Program-made: the position numbers and the translations under genes
Notes under the pieces: model-generated
Told to the model about the DNA's origin: nothing
Database searches by the model: none
Seen by the model: the letters and a program-made list of their open reading frames with translations, nothing else
In this document: positions 1 to 8,330 of the stretch, piece after piece
Numbering within the stretch: the stretch's first letter is position 1
Layout of the letters: every line of letters begins with the position of its first letter
NCBI GenBank assembly: GCA_002723035.1
Contig: PBNH01000024.1
Coordinates: 1-53,484, forward strand
DNA from: Rhodobiaceae bacterium
GTDB lineage: Bacteria; Pseudomonadota; Alphaproteobacteria; MED-G09
DNA length: 53,484 nucleotides
Reading direction: 5' to 3'

Positions 1-145
1 AAGATCTCAAAATAGCTACTTTGATATCTTTTCTAGAAGTATTCATTACCAGTTTTCTTGAGGAATCATCAAAGGAAATGCCTACTTCATCCAATAAAGT
101 TTTAATTTTTTTTAGTAATCTTCCTTTGGGTAAAACTATTAACAT
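1..145 (-). CDS. hisG: ATP phosphoribosyltransferase, short form (N-terminal 48 codons; gene runs off the window start)
   Basis: Not in the ORF track. The minus-strand ATG at 145-143 overlaps the murA stop (TAATG). My translation is MLIVLPKGRLLKKIKTLLDEVGISFDDSSRKLVMNTSRKDIKVAILRS, which fits the short-form HisG N-terminus (L.KGRL....SRKL....V..LR). murA-hisG adjacency is known in Pseudomonas and Betaproteobacteria. Confidence 0.75.
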   Translation of the reverse strand, partial: MLIVLPKGRLLKKIKTLLDEVGISFDDSSRKLVMNTSRKDIKVAILRS

Positions 146-1422
146 TATGCGTTAACCCTCTCTATATTAGCCCCAAGAGAGTTCAATTTTTCTTCAATCC
201 TTTCATATCCTCTATCGATGTGATAGATACGATCAATTTTTGTTTCTCCTCTTGCAACTAGACCTGCCAAGACTAAGCTCGCTGAAGCTCTTAAATCTGT
301 TGCCATTACCGGTGCAGAGTGAAGGCAGTCTTTTTTCCCTTTTATTATTGCTGTATTTCCTGCAAGAGAAATATCTCCTCCCATCCTTACGAGCTCTTGA
401 ACATGCATGAATCTATTTTCAAAAATAGTTTCTTTTATTTTACTTTTACCGTTTGAGTAGGCCATAAGAGCCATAAATTGTGCCTGTAAGTCTGTAGGGA
501 ATCCTGGGTATGGTTTTGTTTCAATATCTATTGGATGGATTACCCCATTTTTTTTTATAATTTCGATAGAGTTTTCTAACGATTTTATTTCTACATCAGT
601 ATTTTGTAATACATTTTTCAACGCCTCAATTTCTTTTATATTTATGGATTTTAATTTTAATTTTCCACCTGTTGCAGTTACAGCTAGAGCAAAAGTTCCT
701 GCCTCGATTCGGTCAGAGGGTATTGTAATATCTGTACCTTTTAACTTTGAACATCCTTTAATAACAATTTTACTTGTTCCATAACCTTTAATTTTGGCTC
801 CCATTTTATTTAGCATTTCAGCAAGTGAAATAATTTCTGGTTCTATTGCTGCATTTCTAATTATTGACTCTCCTTCAATTAAGGAAGAAATCATTAAAAA
901 AAAATGGGTAACACCAACAGATGGAAAATCTAATTTGTAATTAATAGGTTTTAAATTATTTTTAATTGATGCCTTCACGTAACCATCTTTTATTTTTATT
1001 AAAGCACCCATTTTCTTCAATATTGATAAGTAGAAATTGATTGGTCTAGTACCTATTGCGCAACCACCAGGAAGTGACACTTTTGCTTCCCCATATCTTA
1101 AGATAAGAGGAGCTAGAACCCAAAAACTTGCTCTCATTTTTCTCACTAGATCATAAGGAGCTATATTACTTTTAATTTTTTTAGTCTGGATAATTAATTT
1201 ATATGTAGAGTTATCTTCATTTATTAATTCAAACTCTGAACCCAATGATTTTATTAATTTAAGTAAAGTAAATACGTCTGAAAGATTAGGGATATTTCTA
1301 ATTTTAATTTTATCTTCAGTTAATAAGGAAGCAATTATCATTGGCAGGGAGGCATTTTTTGATCCAGAAATATTTATTTCACCTTCTAAAAAATTTCCAC
1401 CTTTGATTTGAATTATATCCAT
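145..1422 (-). CDS. murA: UDP-N-acetylglucosamine 1-carboxyvinyltransferase
   Basis: 425-aa ORF, full-length MurA. It has the N-terminus MD..QI.GG..L.GEI.ISGSKNA and the active-site loop LPGGCAIGTRPI with the fosfomycin-target Cys. Confidence 0.95.
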   Translation of the reverse strand: MDIIQIKGGNFLEGEINISGSKNASLPMIIASLLTEDKIKIRNIPNLSDVFTLLKLIKSLGSEFELINEDNSTYKLIIQTKKIKSNIAPYDLVRKMRASFWVLAPLILRYGEAKVSLPGGCAIGTRPINFYLSILKKMGALIKIKDGYVKASIKNNLKPINYKLDFPSVGVTHFFLMISSLIEGESIIRNAAIEPEIISLAEMLNKMGAKIKGYGTSKIVIKGCSKLKGTDITIPSDRIEAGTFALAVTATGGKLKLKSINIKEIEALKNVLQNTDVEIKSLENSIEIIKKNGVIHPIDIETKPYPGFPTDLQAQFMALMAYSNGKSKIKETIFENRFMHVQELVRMGGDISLAGNTAIIKGKKDCLHSAPVMATDLRASASLVLAGLVARGETKIDRIYHIDRGYERIEEKLNSLGANIERVNA

Positions 1423-1424
1423 AA

Positions 1425-1544
1425 TCAGTCTTCTTTATTCTTTAATTTTTGTTTTTTTATTTGTTGTTTTCTTCTTCTTAGATTTTTTCTTAATGCATCA
1501 TATAATTTTTGATCTTTATTTTTATCTTTTCCTTTATCACGCAT
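1425..1544 (-). CDS. hypothetical 39-aa Lys/Arg-rich small protein (unannotated ORF)
   Basis: My translation is MRDKGKDKNKDQKLYDALRKNLRRRKQQIKKQKLKNKED. There is a GAGG 11 nt upstream of the ATG, and the TGA stop lies 2 nt before the murA ATG. This could be a chance ORF in A-rich DNA. Confidence 0.25.
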   Translation of the reverse strand: MRDKGKDKNKDQKLYDALRKNLRRRKQQIKKQKLKNKED

Positions 1545-1621
1545 AATTTTTGAAACCTCTAACTTTAAACAGATAATTATTTATTGACATACTTACATCT
1601 TTAGTTGATTTAATTTAGTAA

Positions 1622-1696
<75 letters not shown>

Positions 1697-1938
1697 TCTT
1701 AAATTACTTCAATACTAACATAATCATTATTTTGCTAAAATTTAAAAATTTGTTATTTTTTCTTAATTGAAAATTGGTGTTAATTTTAGAATCAATTTTT
1801 TTAAAAAAACTAAACATTGGTCATAATTTTAAGTATAGAATTTTACTAAATTATTAAAAAAAATACCTATTTTAAGCCATTTCAAAACATTTTGAAAAAA
1901 ATTATGTCAAAATTTTGTCAAAAAAAAGGAAACATTTG

Positions 1939-1967
1939 TTGACAAATCACTCTTAAAATTATGGAAT
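1939..1967 (+). promoter_or_regulatory. candidate sigma70-type promoter for the 73-aa membrane protein gene
   Basis: TTGACA (1939-1944), a 17-nt spacer, then TGGAAT (1962-1967), about 57 nt upstream of the ATG. The -10 box is weak (4/6). Confidence 0.3.
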
Positions 1968-2023
1968 CTCAATATTAATTTGTTATTAAACAAATCATTT
2001 GAACATGCAAGGGAGGATATAGC

Positions 2024-2245
2024 ATGCTAAATACTGCAAAAAACTTTCTAAGTGAAGTTGTGTCACTAGGGCTATTACTAATAGCTGTAGGTGTTGTTCT
2101 ACAAGTTATTTTTGGTTCAGCTGTTCCATTTGTTGGAGGTGACATTGTTGGAAACTTAACAAATCTAATTGGCAGCCTTGGAGAAGGTGGCTTAGTTGGT
2201 TTAATTTCTATTGGAATTATTCTTTACTTAATCCAACGTGCTTAG
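2024..2245 (+). CDS. small glycine-rich membrane protein, two predicted hydrophobic helices, no family recognised
   Basis: 73-aa ORF with a strong RBS (AAGGGAGG 7 nt upstream) and its own intrinsic terminator. It has two long hydrophobic/Gly-rich stretches (VVSLGLLLIAVGVVLQVIFG and GLVGLISIGIILYLI). Confidence 0.6.
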   Translation: MLNTAKNFLSEVVSLGLLLIAVGVVLQVIFGSAVPFVGGDIVGNLTNLIGSLGEGGLVGLISIGIILYLIQRA

Positions 2246-2266
2246 TTTAAAAAAATAATTTTAATT

Positions 2267-2294
2267 GGGGTATCTTTGGATACCCCTTTTTTTT
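2267..2294 (+). terminator. rho-independent terminator
   Basis: GGGGTATC-TTTG-GATACCCC hairpin followed by T8, 21 nt after the stop codon. Confidence 0.8.
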
Positions 2295-2331
2295 ACACAT
2301 TAAGTATTTATTTAATTTGTGGAGATTTTCA

Positions 2332-2724
2332 ATGTCAAAAACTGGTAGTTGTTTGTGCGGTGAGGTTGATTTTACTTATAAATCAGAGCCAGTAATGTTT
2401 TTAATGTGTCATTGTACAGATTGTCAAAAATCAACAGGAAGTCCTGTTGCATCAATAATTGTTATTTCGGAAGATAATTTTAGCGTTAGTGGCCCAACTA
2501 ATAGTTATAAATGTAAAGCAAAAGTAACCAGATCATTTTGTAAAATCTGTGGCTCTCAAATTTTTAGTCGAATTAAGAGTGCGCCAGGAGTTGTAGCAAT
2601 TAAAACAGGTGTCTTGGATGAACAACCAAACACGAAGCCTAAATTAGTTTGTTGGACAAAAAGTAAACCAGATTGGCTTGAGATAAATCATCCAAGCATT
2701 TCGTTTGAAGAAAATCCAAATTAA
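2332..2724 (+). CDS. GFA (glutathione-dependent formaldehyde-activating / CENP-V) family protein
   Basis: Cys motifs CLCGEV...CHCTDCQK...CKICGS are typical of Pfam GFA. A GGAG sits 6 nt before the ATG at 2332, so the TTG at 2317 in the track looks like a spurious extension. Confidence 0.85.
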   Translation: MSKTGSCLCGEVDFTYKSEPVMFLMCHCTDCQKSTGSPVASIIVISEDNFSVSGPTNSYKCKAKVTRSFCKICGSQIFSRIKSAPGVVAIKTGVLDEQPNTKPKLVCWTKSKPDWLEINHPSISFEENPN

Positions 2725-2735
2725 AATGAGACATT

Positions 2736-2753
2736 CAGTCACATAATTTTCAC
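2736..2753 (+). promoter_or_regulatory. candidate Pho box (PhoB site) upstream of the PhoX-like gene
   Basis: CAGTCACATAATTTTCAC matches the E. coli consensus CTGTCATAWAWCTGTMAY at 14/18 positions, with the 7+4+7 phasing. A TAGTAT/TATAAA -10 candidate lies 10-13 nt downstream. Confidence 0.3.
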
Positions 2754-2800
2754 ATTGTTTTGATAGTATAAAAATAATCTAAATTCTAGGAACTATTAAG

Positions 2801-4069
2801 ATGATTAAAAAATCACGTAGAGAATTTTTAAGAGATGCTAGCTTTGGATGTCTCTCTCTCTCAGTTGCGCCATATTTAATTGGGGTAAATAAGGAAGTTT
2901 CTGCTGAAGTAAAAGGAAATTTTAATAAACATAGTTTTTTAAATCCTAATTTAATAAGTTGGAACGATATCGGTCCTCTTCAGGAGTCAAACGAATTTGG
3001 CGTTATGGTTCCAGAAGGTATGGAATGCAAACTCATTGCAAAATCAGGAAGAAAGATATCAAATACATATAAATGGCATGGATCACCAGATGGTGCATCT
3101 ATTTTTTCCACAGATGATGGAGGTTGGATTTATGTAAGCAACTCTGAGTTATGGGATAATAAAGGTGGAGTTGGCGCTATTAAATTTAATCGAAGTGGTG
3201 AGATAGAAGACTCATATTCTATATTGCTAAATACCTCTAGAAATTGTTCAGGTGGTGTAACACCATGGGGAACATGGTTATCATGTGAAGAGCATGATCG
3301 AGGTATTGTATGGGAAACATCACCAATAAAAAATAATCCCAATTATCCAAAAAAAAGAGAAATGTTAGGTATTTTTAAACATGAGGGAGCAGCAGTAGAT
3401 CCAATATCAAACTATATATATATGACCAATGATGACATGAGCGGTTTATTTTTTAGATTTATTTCAAATAAAAAACCCGGGTCAGAAGAGTTTTATCTTG
3501 AGGGTGAATTACAAGCAGCAGAAGTAAACTATGATGGGACATTAAATTGGATTAGGGTCCCAGATCCTTATGCAAAAAAAGACACTATTTCTGATCAGCT
3601 TCCTGAGGCAACTGTTTTCCATAGAGGAGAGGGCATTGCTTATTATGATAGAAAGATTTTTTTTACGACTACTTATGATCATAGAGTTTGGGTTTATGAG
3701 CCTGAAATAAATAAATTATCAATTTTTTATGACGGTTTAGGAAATATAGATAATTCTAATCCAATAAATTGGCTAAAAAGATGGAAGAGAGATAACGCGG
3801 GTTATACTCTAAAAAATCCTGATCAGATGACAGTAAATGCTGATGGCTATCCTCTTGTTGCAGAAGATGGAGGCAATATGGAGCTTTGTTTTCTTGATAA
3901 ATCGGGTTTTGCTAAACCACTGGTGAGGCTCGATGGTCATTGGTTATCAGAAATAACTGGACCAGCTTTTTCTCCCGATGGTTCAAGATTATATTTCTCC
4001 TCTCAAAGAGGTATAACTGGTTCACGAAGCTCTGGCGGAATGACTTTTGAAATAAAAAAAATAATTTAA
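2801..4069 (+). CDS. Tat-secreted PhoX-like / DUF839 (COG3211) protein, short form
   Basis: Twin-arginine signal SRREFLRDA. The core NCSGGVTPWGTWLSCEEHD matches the conserved PhoX/DUF839 motif. At 422 aa it is shorter than characterised PhoX phosphatases. Confidence 0.75.
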   Translation: MIKKSRREFLRDASFGCLSLSVAPYLIGVNKEVSAEVKGNFNKHSFLNPNLISWNDIGPLQESNEFGVMVPEGMECKLIAKSGRKISNTYKWHGSPDGASIFSTDDGGWIYVSNSELWDNKGGVGAIKFNRSGEIEDSYSILLNTSRNCSGGVTPWGTWLSCEEHDRGIVWETSPIKNNPNYPKKREMLGIFKHEGAAVDPISNYIYMTNDDMSGLFFRFISNKKPGSEEFYLEGELQAAEVNYDGTLNWIRVPDPYAKKDTISDQLPEATVFHRGEGIAYYDRKIFFTTTYDHRVWVYEPEINKLSIFYDGLGNIDNSNPINWLKRWKRDNAGYTLKNPDQMTVNADGYPLVAEDGGNMELCFLDKSGFAKPLVRLDGHWLSEITGPAFSPDGSRLYFSSQRGITGSRSSGGMTFEIKKII

Positions 4070-4756
4070 TTATTTTTGTAAAATTTTATTAGCATTTTCT
4101 TCGAATTTTTTTACTTCCTCCGAATTATCATCCTCAGGTAGTTCTAACGGATGAGGGACTTCAACACCTTTCTTACAGGCAGGTCTATCTCCAACTATTT
4201 TCATCCACCTCATCAGATTTGGCAGATCGTCTATTTCGACCCCAGACCATTTATGGATTCTAATCCATGACCAATTTGCAATATCCGCTAATGAAAAATC
4301 TCCTGCCAAATATTCATTATCACCAAGATGATCATTAATAACCGTGAATAATCTTTTACTCTCATTTTGATAGCGGTTTATTACAGACTGAATTTTTTCT
4401 GGGAAATATCTAAAAAAAACGTTTGCTTGACCCATCATTGGTCCTATTCCACCCATTTGGAACATTAACCATTGAAGAACTTTTGCTTTCTTTGCTGGAT
4501 CTTCTGGTAAAAGTTTACCCTCTTTTTCAGCGAGATAAATCATTATTGCGCCAGACTCAAAAATTGCTAAATCATTTTCACTTCGGTCAACTATGGCAGG
4601 AATTCTTCCATTAGGATTAATCTTTAGAAAGGATGATTTTTTCTGCTCACCTTTGACTAAATCTATGGGAATTATATTATAAGGAATATTTAATTCTTCA
4701 AGGGTAATGGAAACTTTCCAACCATTTGGAGTAGATGCCGTGTATAAATCTATCAT
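4070..4756 (-). CDS. yfcG: Nu-class glutathione S-transferase (YfcG-like GSH-dependent disulfide reductase)
   Basis: Colinear with E. coli YfcG as I recall it: [51 protein letters not shown]. The symbol reflects family resemblance, not proven orthology. Confidence 0.8.
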   Translation of the reverse strand: MIDLYTASTPNGWKVSITLEELNIPYNIIPIDLVKGEQKKSSFLKINPNGRIPAIVDRSENDLAIFESGAIMIYLAEKEGKLLPEDPAKKAKVLQWLMFQMGGIGPMMGQANVFFRYFPEKIQSVINRYQNESKRLFTVINDHLGDNEYLAGDFSLADIANWSWIRIHKWSGVEIDDLPNLMRWMKIVGDRPACKKGVEVPHPLELPEDDNSEEVKKFEENANKILQK

Positions 4757-4860
4757 TTTTTTCTCGCTATTTGATTATTAAAATTACATTTCTAAATAGT
4801 TTCTTCAACACTAAAATATAAACATTGACGCAATTAAAATCGTTTGCAAAGTTTGTTTAT

Positions 4861-6186
4861 ATGAAAAAATTAACTACACCTATTTTAATAGCTTATGGTA
4901 GCCTTGCTATACCCCTTGCAGCTCTTGGCCTTCCTTTAGCGGTTTATATTCCTCCTTTTTATGCCGGACCTGTTGGTTTGGGGGTTGGTACTGTAGGAAT
5001 AATTTTTATGGTAGCCCGATTTTGGGATATATTCACCGACCCTATAATGGGAATGATTGTAGATCGTTATCCTAGTAGGTGGGGTAAACGTAAACATTGG
5101 ATTGCTATTGGTGTACCAATTTTAATGCTTGCGTCTTGGTTTATTTTCTTTCCAGGTGGAAATCAGTCTCCTTTTTATCTTATTATTTGGTTATTTATTT
5201 TATATTTGGCTTTTACTTTTGTAGGTTTAACCCAACAAGCATGGGGAGTAGATATTTCAAAAAGCTACAATGATAGATCTAGAGTCTATGGCTGGAGAGA
5301 AATTGGATCAATTTTTGGTATGATGTCCGTTTTAGCTTTACCTGCTATTTTAGAAAATGCTGGATCAAACTTTTCTGAAATGGTAGGTGGAATGGGTTAT
5401 TTTTTTATGATTGTCCTTCCTCTAACAGCTTTATTTGGTTTATTAATTATTCCAGATAATCAGAAAAATGAAGGAACAAGTTTTCCAAAATTAGCAGAAT
5501 TACCTCTTATTTTAAAAGATAATAGACCGTTGGTTAGAACTTTATCTATAGAATTTCTTTGCAGCAGTGCGTCTTCAATATCGGCTGTTACTTATATTTA
5601 TCTAGCAAAACATGTTTTTGACTTAGAAGATATTTCAAGCAGGATATTATTTTTGTATTTTTTTGCAGGTTTGTTGGTAATGCCTATTTGGATGAAAGTA
5701 TCTTATTTTATAGGTAAACCTCGGACTTTGCTTATCTCAACGATTTTATGTTCACTTACATTAGCTACTTATTTACTCATTGATACAAATGATGCGCTCA
5801 TAACTTTAATTACTCTGACAATTCTGTATGGAATAGGTTATGGAGCACCATTTACATTAACAAGAGCTTTGATGGCTGACATAGTTGATGCCGATGAGTT
5901 AAGAAGTGATAAAAAACGTCCTGGCTTGTTTTATTCAATTTTAACAACTTTTTCAAAGGTTGGTGCGGCTATCGCAGTTGGCCTAGTGTATACATATTTA
6001 GAATTTATGGGATTTAAGCCTGATCAAATTGCATCAGAAAAAATTAAAGAAATCTTATTATTTGTTTTTGCCTTTATTCCGATGATTTTATATTTTTGTG
6101 CTACTTTATTTTGCATTGGCTATGAGCTAACATCAGAGAGACATAAAGAAATACAAGAACAACTTGAATTTAAAAATGGGAATTAA
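4861..6186 (+). CDS. MFS transporter, GPH (glycoside-pentoside-hexuronide:cation symporter, MFS_2) family
   Basis: Polytopic hydrophobic protein with the GPH-type loop motif DPIMGMIVDRYPSRWGKRKHW. The ATG at 4861 is preferred over the TTG at 4825 used in the track. Confidence 0.8.
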   Translation: MKKLTTPILIAYGSLAIPLAALGLPLAVYIPPFYAGPVGLGVGTVGIIFMVARFWDIFTDPIMGMIVDRYPSRWGKRKHWIAIGVPILMLASWFIFFPGGNQSPFYLIIWLFILYLAFTFVGLTQQAWGVDISKSYNDRSRVYGWREIGSIFGMMSVLALPAILENAGSNFSEMVGGMGYFFMIVLPLTALFGLLIIPDNQKNEGTSFPKLAELPLILKDNRPLVRTLSIEFLCSSASSISAVTYIYLAKHVFDLEDISSRILFLYFFAGLLVMPIWMKVSYFIGKPRTLLISTILCSLTLATYLLIDTNDALITLITLTILYGIGYGAPFTLTRALMADIVDADELRSDKKRPGLFYSILTTFSKVGAAIAVGLVYTYLEFMGFKPDQIASEKIKEILLFVFAFIPMILYFCATLFCIGYELTSERHKEIQEQLEFKNGN

Positions 6187-6216
6187 TTAAATAAATTAAT
6201 TTTAGGGAGAATAAAA

Positions 6217-7404
6217 ATGAATGGACCTCTAGATGATGTAAAGATTATTGACCTATCAACAATTGTATCAGGACCCTTAGCTGGATCATTATTAGGTGAT
6301 CAAGGTGCAGATGTCATAAAAATTGAATCTCCACTACGTCCTGATAATGCTAGATTTATGGGCCCGTTAAGAGGAGAAAACGGTGCATTATTTGCAGCAG
6401 CCAACAGATCAAAAAGAAGCCTTGCTTTAGATCTAAAGAAAGAGGGAGCAAAGGAAATTATTTACCAATTAATTAAAAATTCTGATGTAGTAATGGATAA
6501 TTTTCGTCCAGGTATTTTAAGAAAACTTAATTTAGAATATGAGGATATAAAAAAATATAATCCAAAAATAATACAACTATCAATAACGGGCTATGGTATT
6601 GATGGTCCTTATTCAAAAAGGCGAGTTTATGATCCCCTTATACAAGCTACTGCGGGTATAGCAAATGCTCAATCAATAGATGGTAACCCTAAATTTGTTA
6701 AAACATTAATGTGCGATAAGATTACCTCTCTAACTGCTGCTCAATCAATAACTGCTGCTCTTTATTCAAGAGAAAAAACAAATGAGGGGCAGAAAATTAA
6801 TCTATCAATGTTAGATACCGCTTTATACTTTATGTGGTCTGATAATATGTATAATTTTACATGGTTAGGTGATGGTTGGGAACCAATTCCAAACATAGCA
6901 GACTTTTATGAACCTGTTAAAACTAAAGATGGTTATATAGCTTTAGTTGCAATAAATGACAGTGAATTCGCAGGAGTATGTAAGGCTATTGATCGAGAGG
7001 ATTTATTGACTGACGAAAGATTCTCAACGATGCAGAATAGAATGATGAATGTTATTGAAATGCAAGAAATTCTATTACATGCCTATACATTATTTACCTC
7101 TGAAGAATTGGTTGAGCGTATGGATCAAAATGACGTTCCATCTGCAATAATTAATAAGCTTAGTGACGTTATTGATGACCCTCAGGTTAAAAATAATAAT
7201 TCGATTATGAGTATTTCAAACGATGACAACTACTCAATGCAAAGTCCCAAGTCACCGGCAAATTTTAGTTCAACACCATGTTCTAATAATCCAAGATTTA
7301 TGCCAGACCTTGGGCAACATTCTAAGGAAATACTTTTAGAAAATGGTTTTTCTAATGAAAAGATAAATGAGTTTGCAAAAAAAGAAATTATATCTGTTAG
7401 ATAA
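6217..7404 (+). CDS. family III CoA-transferase (CaiB/BaiF/Frc type)
   Basis: N-terminus GPLDDVKIIDLSTIVSGPLAGSLLGDQGADVIKIE and MDNFRPG are typical of family III CoA-transferases. A GGGAG RBS is present. Confidence 0.9.
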   Translation: MNGPLDDVKIIDLSTIVSGPLAGSLLGDQGADVIKIESPLRPDNARFMGPLRGENGALFAAANRSKRSLALDLKKEGAKEIIYQLIKNSDVVMDNFRPGILRKLNLEYEDIKKYNPKIIQLSITGYGIDGPYSKRRVYDPLIQATAGIANAQSIDGNPKFVKTLMCDKITSLTAAQSITAALYSREKTNEGQKINLSMLDTALYFMWSDNMYNFTWLGDGWEPIPNIADFYEPVKTKDGYIALVAINDSEFAGVCKAIDREDLLTDERFSTMQNRMMNVIEMQEILLHAYTLFTSEELVERMDQNDVPSAIINKLSDVIDDPQVKNNNSIMSISNDDNYSMQSPKSPANFSSTPCSNNPRFMPDLGQHSKEILLENGFSNEKINEFAKKEIISVR

Positions 7405-8330
7405 TGATAAGCATAAGAGCAAGAATTTGGTTTTTTCTAATTAGTTTTTTTAGAAAAAGGATGGAAGGACCTCGCGGATCTCTTTTAAAAGTAACTACCT
7501 TTGAAAATTCTTTTTCTAATTCAAAATATTGGAAAAGATATAAAAATTTCAATATTTATGAAAAATTATATAATTCTATTAAGGTTATTGAATTTGATCT
7601 TAAGAATAAAAAAAATAAAAATTTAATATTATATCTGCATGGGGGAGGTTATGTTACTTGTGGACCTGAAACACACTCAACACTAGTAACTCAACTCTCA
7701 GAATATTCAGGTGTTAAAACTTTATTTCCTGTTTACAGGTTAGCCCCAAAACATCCTTTTCCAGCAGCAATTGAAGATTGTTTAATGGTATATAAGGAAT
7801 TATTGAAAAAGGGTATTAATTCAAAAAATATTTCATTAATTGGTGACTCCGCTGGTGGTGGATTAGTTATGGCGCTTCTCCAAATTTTCCATAGAGATAA
7901 GATAGATCAACCGTCATCAGCTGTTTTAATATCTCCATGGACAGACTTAACCTTGTCTGGTGATTCTATTATATCTAGAGCAGATCGAGACCCAATGATA
8001 AAACCCGGTAAAGATGTGGATGGAGTTATTAAAGCATATCTTGGAAATGAAGACCCAAAGAATCCATTAATTTCATCAATCTTTTCTGACACTTTTACAA
8101 TGCCTCCAATACAAATTTATGTAGGAACAGAAGAGATACTTTATGATGATTCAATAAGAATTTTTGAAAAATTATCTGAAGATAAAAATAATAATGTAGA
8201 ATTAAAAATATATGATGGAATGTTTCATGTCTTTAATATCTTTTGCAAAGGATTACTTACAATTCCGGAAGCTAAAAAGGCAAACAGAGATATAGCTAAT
8301 TTTATTTTAGAAAATTATCCTAAAAAATAA
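7404..8330 (+). CDS. alpha/beta-hydrolase fold-3 esterase/lipase (hormone-sensitive-lipase family)
   Basis: Oxyanion motif LHGGGY, nucleophile elbow GDSAGG and a C-terminal His (MFHVF). The ATG overlaps the upstream stop (TAATG). Confidence 0.85.
   Translation: MISIRARIWFFLISFFRKRMEGPRGSLLKVTTFENSFSNSKYWKRYKNFNIYEKLYNSIKVIEFDLKNKKNKNLILYLHGGGYVTCGPETHSTLVTQLSEYSGVKTLFPVYRLAPKHPFPAAIEDCLMVYKELLKKGINSKNISLIGDSAGGGLVMALLQIFHRDKIDQPSSAVLISPWTDLTLSGDSIISRADRDPMIKPGKDVDGVIKAYLGNEDPKNPLISSIFSDTFTMPPIQIYVGTEEILYDDSIRIFEKLSEDKNNNVELKIYDGMFHVFNIFCKGLLTIPEAKKANRDIANFILENYPKK

Noticed and set aside
172-195. The sequence CCAAGAGAGTTCAATTTTTCTTC inside the murA 3' end resembles the T-arm of the nearby tRNA-Thr (CCAAGAGTTCAATTCTCTTC), which might have been an att-like tRNA fragment.
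   Set aside because: It needs two indels to align. It lies within the conserved MurA C-terminal coding sequence (EEKLNSLGANIE), and no integrase or second boundary exists. It is most likely coincidence.
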